Source: an uncultured Trueperaceae bacterium
Lineage (GTDB): Bacteria > Deinococcota > Deinococci > Deinococcales > Trueperaceae
Assembly: GCA_963727505.1 (NCBI GenBank)
Contig: CAVSGP010000015.1
Coordinates: 32,001-96,000 of the forward strand
Direction: 5' to 3'
DNA: 64,000 nucleotides
Shown piece by piece: positions 12,011-20,252 of the stretch. The position numbers and the translations under genes were made by a program. The first letter of the stretch is position 1. Every line of letters begins with the position of its first letter. Below the pieces are notes generated by a model. It saw only the letters and a list, made by a program, of their open reading frames with translations, made no database searches and was not told the origin of the DNA.

Positions 12011-12946
12011 CTAGCCCAGAGCCTCGGCGCGCCGCAGCGGCGCCAGCTCCGCCTCCTCCAGGCCTAGAAGGCCCAGGCTGATGTCCCACAACCGCGCCGC
12101 CGCGGCCGGGTCGCGCGCTCGGCGGGGCATCGGCAGCGCTCGGCCGTCCTTCCAGAAGCCTCCCGTGGTGCCCTCGACGCTTCCGTCGGCGGCGAGGAAG
12201 ACCGCTGTCTCCGCGGCCTCCGCGACCTCCCGGCCGAACCCCGCCTGGGCGACCCGGATGCAGAAGTTGAGGAACCCCGGCCCCGATCCCAGCGCCGTGC
12301 GGACCACGCCGGGATCGAACGCGTGAACGGCAAGGGCGTCGGCCGGCACCCGACGGGCCAGCTCGGTCGTGAACAGCACGTTGGCGAGCCGGGCCTGCGC
12401 GTAGGCGACCGCTCCGTTGTAGCCGCGGCGCCACTGGACGTCCCGGTGGAGCCACCCCCAGTGCGCGACGAGCGACGCCGTCGTCACGACCCGGCCGCCG
12501 GCCGCGGTGAGGGGGTCGAGCAGCAACAGCGTCAGCGCCATGGACGCGAGGTGGTCGAGTGCGAAGGTCATCTCGATGCCGTCTGCGGACACCCGGCGCT
12601 GCGGGAAGAAGCCGCCGGCGTTGTTCACCAGCACGTCGAGGCGCGGCGTCTCGCGGCGCACGCGGGCCGCCAGCGCGCGCACCTCGGCCTGGACCGACAG
12701 GTCTGCGGGCAGGAAGCGGTGACCGGCGTTGTCCGTGCGCCGCCGCAGGTCCGCCACTACCTCGGCGCCGGCGCCGCCAGCCCGCGACACCAGCAGCACG
12801 GTCGCGCCACGCTCCGCCAGTCCGGTCGCCACGGCGCGCCCTATTCCGGCGCTTCCGCCGGTGACCAGCGCCACCCGGCCCGCAAGGTCGCGGCCCGGGC
12901 GGTCGCGTCCGGGAACGTCCTGACCCGCCCGCGTCGTCATCGGCAT
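12011..12946 (-). CDS. Short-chain dehydrogenase/reductase (retinol dehydrogenase-like)
   Basis: VTGGSAGIG, LDVLVNNAG, YAQAR (YxxxK variant), PGVVRT. Confidence 0.9.
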   Translation of the reverse strand: MPMTTRAGQDVPGRDRPGRDLAGRVALVTGGSAGIGRAVATGLAERGATVLLVSRAGGAGAEVVADLRRRTDNAGHRFLPADLSVQAEVRALAARVRRETPRLDVLVNNAGGFFPQRRVSADGIEMTFALDHLASMALTLLLLDPLTAAGGRVVTTASLVAHWGWLHRDVQWRRGYNGAVAYAQARLANVLFTTELARRVPADALAVHAFDPGVVRTALGSGPGFLNFCIRVAQAGFGREVAEAAETAVFLAADGSVEGTTGGFWKDGRALPMPRRARDPAAAARLWDISLGLLGLEEAELAPLRRAEALG

Positions 12947-13009
12947 GCTTCACTCTAGCGCCGCCGGCCTGGCTGTCAGATTCGCTTCAGGGCACCATGG
13001 GTAACCTGA

Positions 13010-13675
13010 GTGGAGGGGAGGTTCTCCTTGCACTCGTTCGCCGACGCCACCCCCGCGGAGCCCGTCTGGCGCGCGCATGTCGCCGCGCTGCAGGACACCG
13101 CGCTGCAGGACACCGCGCCACAGGACACCGCGCCACAGGACACCGACGCCACCGTCCTTCTCCTCGTCTCCCGCGACACCGGTCTGGCCTCGGCCCTCCT
13201 GGACGGGACCTTTCCCGGCGCCCTCCGACTCCACATGGTGCGCACGCCCGCGGCGGCCCTCGCATTCCTCGCCCGGCACTCTCCCGACGCGGTCGTCCTC
13301 GATGCCGCCACTTGCCTCCCGGAGGAGCCGCGGCTCTCGGGCGACCTGGCCTTCGTGCTGCGCCGCCGCAACGTGCCGCTGGTCGTCGCGACCCCGGCGG
13401 GGCGAGCAGCTCAGGCCTTCCTGCGGACGTGCGCCGGGCGGGCTGGGTCGGGCGGCAGGTTGGGGGAGCACGCTTTGGGGTCTCCGGGGGGTCTTCGGGG
13501 CCCCTGGGTCGAAGGTAAAGCCTGGCTTCCAGACCGGGCCCTGGCAGGCGACCGCCCCGGGCCCGGCACGCCGTCCCGCGCCACCACCACGCCCGGGTCT
13601 CGAGCGATCGCGGGGCCGGACGGAGCGTTCATCGCCCTCCCCCACGCGCGATCATCCTGCGAAAGCCCCCCTTGA
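13010..13675 (+). CDS. Hypothetical protein, possibly a degenerate receiver-like domain; C-terminal part may be spurious
   Basis: VLLLVSRD...ALAFLARHSPDAVVLD...VPLVV resembles a REC fold without the acidic pocket; 3' part runs through intergenic-type repeats. Confidence 0.35.
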   Translation: MEGRFSLHSFADATPAEPVWRAHVAALQDTALQDTAPQDTAPQDTDATVLLLVSRDTGLASALLDGTFPGALRLHMVRTPAAALAFLARHSPDAVVLDAATCLPEEPRLSGDLAFVLRRRNVPLVVATPAGRAAQAFLRTCAGRAGSGGRLGEHALGSPGGLRGPWVEGKAWLPDRALAGDRPGPGTPSRATTTPGSRAIAGPDGAFIALPHARSSCESPP

Positions 13676-13818
13676 CGTTGCACCCCGACACCCCGGAGCA
13701 CCCCCTCCAAGCCCCCGCAGCGCCGAACGCAACGTCCAACGCAACGCCGAAGAAGGCGTCGAACGCAACTTCGAAAGTCCAGCTTTACGTTGCACCCCAG
13801 CCCCGCGGAACACCCCCC
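13486..13818. repeat. Three copies of the ~45-bp dispersed repeat (13486-13530 minus; 13661-13705 and 13773-13818 plus)
   Basis: GGAAGCCAGGCTTTACCTTCGACCCAGGGGCCCCGAAGACCCCCC / GAAAGCCCCCCTTGACGTTGCACCCCGACACCCCGGAGCACCCCC / GAAAGTCCAGCTTTACGTTGCACCCCAGCCCCGCGGAACACCCCC align without gaps. Confidence 0.7.
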
Positions 13819-13908
13819 GCACCCTCCGGTGCGCCACCCAATGCGCCACCCGCGGCGCCACCCGCGGCGCCATCCGCGGCCCCACCCGCGGCGCCCGAGC
13901 GCCCCGCC

Positions 13909-14268
13909 CTACTGTGCCGGCTGGTAGCGCAACACCCGCACGTTCTCGACAGTGATGAGCCCGCCGCCCTTCAGCAGGCGCTCGAGCCGCTCGACCAGGG
14001 CGTCGACGCGCTCGGCGCTGTCCACCACCTCGATCACCACCGGAAGGTCGCCCGACAGCCTCCAGGGCTCGGGGCGGTGGATGACGCTGTCCGCGCCGTA
14101 GCCGATCGAGCCGTGCAGGACGGTCGCGCCGGCCAGACCCAGCTCGCGGGCGGCCTCGACCACGGCCCGGAACGCCGGGATCCCTCCCGCCCGGTCGCGC
14201 TCACCCAGGAACACGCGCAGGAGCCGGCCGGTGGGAGCCTCGTCGCCCAGCTTCACGGTGGCTGTCAT
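13909..14268 (-). CDS. DUF190 family protein (PII-like)
   Basis: LLRVFLGE.D, GLAGATVL.G..GYG..S.IH...LS.DLPVVIEVVD, GGLITVENV. Confidence 0.9.
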   Translation of the reverse strand: MTATVKLGDEAPTGRLLRVFLGERDRAGGIPAFRAVVEAARELGLAGATVLHGSIGYGADSVIHRPEPWRLSGDLPVVIEVVDSAERVDALVERLERLLKGGGLITVENVRVLRYQPAQ

Positions 14269-14384
14269 GGTGGGCTCAGCCTAGCACCGGCCCCACGGAA
14301 TCCGGCCCCACAGAATCCGGCCCCACAGAATCCGGCCCACAGGATCCGGCCCCCCCAGAACCCTTTCCCTCAGCACCCGTTCCC

Positions 14385-14864
14385 TCAGAACGACGACGGC
14401 CGCGTCCCCAGGGCTCGCCCCGAGAAGCTGACCGCCCACGCGCCGGCGCGGCGCAGCTCGCCGTGAAGGATGGCCCCGGGCCCCTCGGACGCCATGAAGC
14501 TCGTCGGCGGGCTGATGACGTGCGCCCCCTTGCGGCTCAGGCGCTGCGCCAGCCCGCTGGCAGTCGACCCCATCATCCACTTCGCCCCGGGCCGCCAGGT
14601 GTCGAACGCCACGGCCAGCTTGCCCTTCAGGGCGTCGGCCGGCAACCGCTCGATGAAGTGCTGCAGATGGTGGATCTCCTCCAGGTGGCCGTGCGTGGGT
14701 GCGCCGATGACGATCAGGTCGGCCTCCAGCAGGGCGTCGCGCTGCGCCTGGAAGGGGCCTGCGATCACCCGCACCGGGCCGAACGGCTCCAGCGTTCGCG
14801 CCACGGCCCGTGCGACGTGCCCCGACGTGTCGCAGGTCGGGTCGTACAGAACCACCGTCTGCAT
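14385..14864 (-). CDS. Flavodoxin-like protein
   Basis: ADLIVIGAPTHG, LKGKLAVAFDT, GPGAILHGEL.RA.AWA; SD AGGAGG. Confidence 0.75.
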   Translation of the reverse strand: MQTVVLYDPTCDTSGHVARAVARTLEPFGPVRVIAGPFQAQRDALLEADLIVIGAPTHGHLEEIHHLQHFIERLPADALKGKLAVAFDTWRPGAKWMMGSTASGLAQRLSRKGAHVISPPTSFMASEGPGAILHGELRRAGAWAVSFSGRALGTRPSSF

Positions 14865-15099
14865 GTGCTCCTCCTAGGACCCGAACGCTGGAGCGACGGC
14901 TGCATCGCCCGCGCGCGGAGAGCGGCGACCCCCTTCGAGACAACGCGAGATTTGGGGGAGTGTAGGGACGCGGGAGGGGCCCGAACAAGGGCGCTTTGTC
15001 CCGCACGGGCTTCATGAGCCGAGGCCCGGTCGGCGCTGTGCGGTATGACTCTCGGCATGAGGGCCGAAGCCGGGGACGCGCCGTGACGGCAGGCCGTCC

Positions 15100-16008
15100 G
15101 TGACCGACGCCCTGCTGCAGGTCGGGCTGCTCATCGGGCTCGGTTTCCTGCTGCGGCGCTCGAACTTCCTAGAGCCCACCTTCTGGCGCAACTTCGAGCG
15201 CATGGTCTACTTCGTGCTCCTGCCGGTGCTGGTGTTCCAGGTGCTGGCCGACGCCTCCGTCGACAGCTCGGTGGCCGCGCGCCTCTCCGGTGCGGTAGCG
15301 CTCTCCATCCTGCTGCTGGCGCTGCTCCTGGTGCTGGTGAGGCGCCGCGTCGGTCTCTCCGGTCCGGCCTTCACCTCGGTGTTCCAGGGCAGCGTGCGCT
15401 TCAACAGCTACGTGGCGCTGGCCGTCATCCCGGCGGTGTTCGGCAAGGGCGGGCTCGAGCTGCTGGCCATCCTCATCGCCGTGGTCGTGCCGCTGGTGAA
15501 CGTCCTCAGCGTGTTGATGCTGTCCGTCTTCGCCGGGGGCCCCTCCCCCACCCCCTGGCGGGTGGTGCGCTCGATCGCCACGAACCCGCTGATCGTGGCC
15601 AGCGTGCTCGGCATCCTCGCCAACCTCTCCCTCCACGGCCTGCCCGGCACGCTGGACGGCGCGCTGTCGGTGCTCGCCCGCGCCGCCCTGCCATCGGGGC
15701 TGATGGCGGTGGGCGCGGCCCTCGTGCCGGGCGCGTTCCGCTCACACGCCCGCGGCCTGAGCGTGTCGCTGGCCGCGCGCTTCGCGCTGCTGCCCGTCCT
15801 GTCCTTCGGCGTCGGCACGCTGTTCCACCTGCCGGCCGAGGCACTGGGCGTGCTGGTCCTGTTCCAGGCGCAGCCCACCGCCACCTCGGCCTACCTGCTC
15901 GCCCGCCAGCTCGGCGGCGACGCCGAGCTGATGGCCAGCATCATCACCGGCCAGACGCTGCTGGCGTTCGGCGTGCTGCCGGTGGTGGTGGCCCTGGTGC
16001 CGGGCTGA
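15100..16008 (+). CDS. AEC (auxin efflux carrier-like) family transporter
   Basis: YFVLLPVLVF, FQGSVRFNSY, NPLIVA, PTATSAYLLARQLGGDAELMASII. Confidence 0.9.
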   Translation: MTDALLQVGLLIGLGFLLRRSNFLEPTFWRNFERMVYFVLLPVLVFQVLADASVDSSVAARLSGAVALSILLLALLLVLVRRRVGLSGPAFTSVFQGSVRFNSYVALAVIPAVFGKGGLELLAILIAVVVPLVNVLSVLMLSVFAGGPSPTPWRVVRSIATNPLIVASVLGILANLSLHGLPGTLDGALSVLARAALPSGLMAVGAALVPGAFRSHARGLSVSLAARFALLPVLSFGVGTLFHLPAEALGVLVLFQAQPTATSAYLLARQLGGDAELMASIITGQTLLAFGVLPVVVALVPG

Positions 16009-16205
16009 GCTACCGGGTCGAGCTGCCGGCGTGAACCATCAGCGTGAACCATCAGCACCAACCGTCAACGCCAACCGTCAACGTGAGCCCCGAAGCCACC
16101 GCGCCGGCAGGAGGCCGGGACTCGACCCTCCGCGCGACCGGCGCGACATTCAGCCCGCGGACCTCAGGCGGCGGACCTCAGCCCGCGTACCTCAGACCGC
16201 GTACC

Positions 16206-16715
16206 TCAGCGCCACTCCCCGGCGTACTCGAGACGCAGCGGCTGCACCTCGCGCGCCCAGAAGTCGTAGTGCAGCTTGGCGATCTGCCGCACGTGCAGCA
16301 GGTCGTGGGCCACCCAGGCCGCGAGCAGCTCGCCGGCGCTGCGGCCGGTGGGCGAGACGACCCGCAGATCGGGGGACTCCAGAGTGCCGAGCCACGCCAG
16401 CGAGGCTCGGCGCTCGACCACGAAGCTCTCCAGCGAGGGCTCCAGCTCGCGCTCGTTGTAGCGGCGCTCGACGACCCAGCGAGGCGGGTCGATCGGAGCC
16501 ACGGGCTCGTCCGGCCGTTCCAGCAGGTGCCGGAAGCGGTCGCGGAAGTCCTCGCGTTCCTCGTCGTACAGGTGGTTGACGACCTCCACGATCGACCACC
16601 GCTCCGGGCCCGGCTTCCAGCGCGCCTGCGCGTCGCTCACGCCCTTGACGAGATCCTGGATCACCTGCACGGTGGCGGCCAGGCGGGCCGCGGCGCTCTC
16701 AACGGTCACGGACAT
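16206..16715 (-). CDS. DinB family protein
   Basis: WSIVEVVNHL.DEE and HDLLHVRQI metal-binding His motifs. Confidence 0.88.
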   Translation of the reverse strand: MSVTVESAAARLAATVQVIQDLVKGVSDAQARWKPGPERWSIVEVVNHLYDEEREDFRDRFRHLLERPDEPVAPIDPPRWVVERRYNERELEPSLESFVVERRASLAWLGTLESPDLRVVSPTGRSAGELLAAWVAHDLLHVRQIAKLHYDFWAREVQPLRLEYAGEWR

Positions 16716-16952
16716 CGTGGACGCAGTCTAGCCCGGCGGACCGCCGGTGCCGCGCCGCCAACGCTGCATTCCTGCCATGCCGGCGCCGTGCCGGACCGGG
16801 CGCGTCCTCACCGCGATCGCACCGGCACCCGCAGTACGCACCCGGAGTACCATGACCCCAACGCGACCCGCGCGCCCAGTACGCCACCGATCTTGGCCGA
16901 GAGGGCGCCGGCATCGCGGACCACCACACCTGGGAGGGGGTCGACCCTGGCC

Positions 16953-18473
16953 ATGACACAACCAGACCGTTCGCGACCGGCGGGAGGACGCTGCCGGCTC
17001 GTCCTGCTGGCGTTCATCTGCCTGGCAGCAGCCCTGCTGCCGTCCGCGTTGGCGCAAGACCTCGCGTCGCGCGTGCACACCGCCACCCTCGACAACGGCC
17101 TGCGCATCCTCCTGGTCGAGCAGCACGCCGCACCGGTGGCGAGCTTCGACCTGATGTTCGACGTCGGCGGCATCGACGAGCCGCCGGGCCTGGGCGGCAT
17201 CGCCCACATGGTCGAGCACATGGCCTTCAAGGGCACCGAGACCATCGGGACGGATCACCCGCAGCAGGAGCAGCAGGCGCTCACCGACGTCGAGATCCTC
17301 GCCTACGCCCTGAAGAACGCGCAGGACTCGGGCGACGCGGCGCTCACCGAGCGGCTCCAGCAGGCGTTCCTGGCGGCCCGCAAGCACGCCCAGTCGCTCG
17401 CCTCGCAGGCCCCGCTCGACAGCATCCTGTCGGTCAACGGCGCCGTCGGGCTGAACGCCTCCACCGGCTACGACTACACCCACTACGTGGTGTCGCTGCC
17501 GGCCAACCGCGTGGAGCTCTACGCCCGCATCTATGCCGACGAGATGGCGAACGCGGTGTTCCGCTCCTTCTACGAGGAACGCGACGTGGTGCGCGAGGAG
17601 CGGCGGCAGCGCAGCGAGGACGACCCTCAGGGAGTCCTGTTCGAGGCGTTCCTGGGCGAGGCCTTCAAGGGCACGCCCTACGCGCGCCCGTTGATCGGCT
17701 CCGCCTCGGCCATCGAGGGCTACACGGCCACCCAGGCGCACGCCTTCTACCAGTCCTTCTACGCCCCCGACCGCGCGGTGCTGGTGGCGGTCGGTGACCT
17801 CGACCCGGTCAAGGACATGGCCACGCTCGAGAAGTACTTCGGCGCGGTGCCCGCCCACCCCACCCTGAACACGAAGTTCCCGACGCCGCCTGCCCAGACC
17901 GCCGAGCGGCGCGTGTCGGTGACCTTCGATGCGCAGCCGCAGCTCGTCATCGGCTACCACAAGCCCACCTACCCGTCGCGTGAAGCCTACGTGCTCGACC
18001 TGGTCGACGCGCTGCTCGGCAACGGGCGCACGTCGCGGCTGTACAAGCGCCTGGTGGTGCAGGACCAGGTGGCGGCCGGCGTCAGCACCGCCAGCAGCTT
18101 CCCCGGCACGCGCCTGCCCGACGTCTTCATCGTCTACGCCCTGCCGCGCGCCCCGCACACCACCGCGGACGTGGAGGCGGCGGTCTACGACGAGTTGAGC
18201 AAGCTGGCCAGCCAGCCGGTCGGGGAGCGTGAGCTGCAGAAGGTCAAGAACCTGGTGCGGGCCGACACCCTGCGCACCTGGTCGTCGAACGCCGGCCTGG
18301 CGCAGAACCTCGCCTACAACGAGCTCTTCGCCGGCGGCTGGCAGCACCTGATGAGCGATCTCGACACCTACGACTCGGTCACGGCCGCGGAGATCCAGGC
18401 GGTGGCCCGGAAGGTGTTCGCGGCCCGGAACCGCACCGTGGCGGTGCTCGAGCCGCCGAAGGGAGGCAACTGA
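16953..18473 (+). CDS. Exported M16 family zinc metallopeptidase, catalytic subunit
   Basis: Signal peptide (...PSALA|QD), LDNGLRILL, inverted zinc motif HMVEH, NASTG.D.T.Y, ERDVVREERRQR. Confidence 0.92.
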   Translation: MTQPDRSRPAGGRCRLVLLAFICLAAALLPSALAQDLASRVHTATLDNGLRILLVEQHAAPVASFDLMFDVGGIDEPPGLGGIAHMVEHMAFKGTETIGTDHPQQEQQALTDVEILAYALKNAQDSGDAALTERLQQAFLAARKHAQSLASQAPLDSILSVNGAVGLNASTGYDYTHYVVSLPANRVELYARIYADEMANAVFRSFYEERDVVREERRQRSEDDPQGVLFEAFLGEAFKGTPYARPLIGSASAIEGYTATQAHAFYQSFYAPDRAVLVAVGDLDPVKDMATLEKYFGAVPAHPTLNTKFPTPPAQTAERRVSVTFDAQPQLVIGYHKPTYPSREAYVLDLVDALLGNGRTSRLYKRLVVQDQVAAGVSTASSFPGTRLPDVFIVYALPRAPHTTADVEAAVYDELSKLASQPVGERELQKVKNLVRADTLRTWSSNAGLAQNLAYNELFAGGWQHLMSDLDTYDSVTAAEIQAVARKVFAARNRTVAVLEPPKGGN

Positions 18474-19909
18474 TGCGCCGCGCCCTGGCGCTGGCACGGA
18501 CCGCGCTCGCCCTGGCGGCACTGGCGGCCCTGGCGCCGGCACGGACCGCGCAAGCGCAACCCGCGAGCTGGCCGGATCCGACCGCCATGACCTTCCCGCC
18601 CATCCAGTTCCAGGCCCCCGCCCCCCAGAAGGCCGTGCTCTCCAACGGCATCACCGTCTACCTGGCCGAGGATCACGCGCTGCCGCTGGTGCGCGGCGTG
18701 GCCTACGTGGAGGCGCCCAGCGTCTACGACCCGCCCGGCAAGACCGGGCTGGCGAGCTTCACCGCCCAGCTGCTGCGTGACGGCGGTGCCGGCGGGCGCA
18801 CGCCCGACGCCATCGACGAGCAGCTGGCGTACCTGGGCGCGTCGGTCGAGGCGAGCTCGTCCGATGTCTACGCCGCCGTGTCGTTCTCCGCCCTGGCCAG
18901 CAACGTCGATCAGGTGCTGCCCCTGTGGCAGGACGTGCTCACCAGGCCCGACTTCGCACAGGGGCGCATCGACATCGAGCGCCAGCGCCAGCTCGAGGCG
19001 ATCCGGCGGGTGGTGGACAACCCGGTGCAGCTCGCGGTGCGCGAGTTCTCCTACCGCGTCGCCGAGGGGCACCCGTCGGGCGCCTATCCCACCGCCGACA
19101 CCATCGACGCCATCCAGCGCAGCGACCTCGTCGCCTTCCACGACGCCTACTACGCGCCGGCCTCGACGGTGGTGGCCATCACCGGCGACTTCGACGCCGC
19201 GCAGATGCTCGGGACGCTCGAGGCCACGCTGGGGACCTGGCGGCACCCGCTGAAGAGCGCGCCGCAGCTCCCCGCGTTCAACCAGCACCCCACGCCGAAG
19301 GTCTACTTCGTGCAGAAGGACGTGCAGCAATCGATCATCCTGGTCGGCCAGCCGGCCATGAAGGCCTACACCCCGAGCTACAACGCCTTCACCGTCGCCA
19401 ACCAGATCCTCGGCGCCGGCGGCTTCACCAGCCGGCTGTTCACCGACATCCGCACCAAGCGCGGCCTGGCCTACAGCACCGGCTCGCAGCTCACCCAGGG
19501 CTTCGACTACCCGGGCACCTTCCTGACCTACGCCTTCACCCGCGCCGACGCCACCGGCCAGGTGCTGCACCTGCTCCTGGACGAGATCGGCCGCCTGGGC
19601 ACGGACGGCGTGACACCCGCCGAGGTGGCGCAGGCGCGCGAGCAGATCGTCAACCAGGCGCTGTTCCGTGACACCTCGGTGGCGGCCACCACCGAGCGCA
19701 CCGCCCGGGTCCAGCTCCTCGGTCTACCCGACGGCTACTTCCAGACCTTCCTGAACACGGTCCAGGGCATCACCCCGGCCGAGGTGCAGGCCGCGGCGAA
19801 GCAGGTCCTCGACCCCAGCGGCCTGGTGATCATGGTGGTGGGCAACGCCAGCGCCTTCGACGAACCGCTGAGCGACTTCGGGGTCGTGGAGAGCATCCCG
19901 CTGCAGTAG
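18473..19909 (+). CDS. Exported M16 family peptidase, non-catalytic partner subunit
   Basis: LSNGITVYLAEDHALP, no HxxEH, SRLFTDIRTKRGLAYS; overlaps the upstream stop codon. Confidence 0.9.
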   Translation: MRRALALARTALALAALAALAPARTAQAQPASWPDPTAMTFPPIQFQAPAPQKAVLSNGITVYLAEDHALPLVRGVAYVEAPSVYDPPGKTGLASFTAQLLRDGGAGGRTPDAIDEQLAYLGASVEASSSDVYAAVSFSALASNVDQVLPLWQDVLTRPDFAQGRIDIERQRQLEAIRRVVDNPVQLAVREFSYRVAEGHPSGAYPTADTIDAIQRSDLVAFHDAYYAPASTVVAITGDFDAAQMLGTLEATLGTWRHPLKSAPQLPAFNQHPTPKVYFVQKDVQQSIILVGQPAMKAYTPSYNAFTVANQILGAGGFTSRLFTDIRTKRGLAYSTGSQLTQGFDYPGTFLTYAFTRADATGQVLHLLLDEIGRLGTDGVTPAEVAQAREQIVNQALFRDTSVAATTERTARVQLLGLPDGYFQTFLNTVQGITPAEVQAAAKQVLDPSGLVIMVVGNASAFDEPLSDFGVVESIPLQ

Positions 19910-20094
19910 AACGTCCGCCCGCGTGGGAACGGCCCGGCGCGCCAGGTGGTGCGCCGGGCCGTTCCCTGGGGCAGGTAGGCGGGCTCGTTCCCGGCGGCGG
20001 CGGCGGCCGAGCTGCCGATCTGTGAGCCGTGGCGGCGGTTCGCGCGCGACCCGCAGCGGCGGCCGAAACGCTCCCCTCTGGCACGGACGGTATG

Positions 20095-20127
20095 TCTGAT
20101 TCCCGCCATACCAGGGTGGGAATCAGA
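20095..20127. promoter_or_regulatory. 13-bp inverted repeat upstream of acs (operator or RNA hairpin)
   Basis: TCTGATTCCCGCC-7 nt-GGTGGGAATCAGA, one mismatch. Confidence 0.4.
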
Positions 20128-20252
20128 TGGTGGTATGCGCCTGAGTACCCATAACGAGGCGAACAACCTTGCATCCGGGGCATTTGTCCCACTATGGTTG
20201 GGGGGTATTTGAAACCTTAAGGCTTGATGAAGCCGCGAACGGGAGGCAATCG

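Noticed and set aside
14269..15099. Fluoride riboswitch near DUF190, and a c-di-AMP riboswitch before kup
   Set aside because: No recognisable consensus, and kup appears leaderless.
16044..16952. N-terminal 300 aa of the 809-aa M16 ORF, and similar extensions of hemC (36019), the Lnt-like gene (46095), the TolC-like gene (50140) and eno (60057)
   Set aside because: These overlap other real genes; downstream starts with an SD, signal peptide or stop-start overlap fit better.
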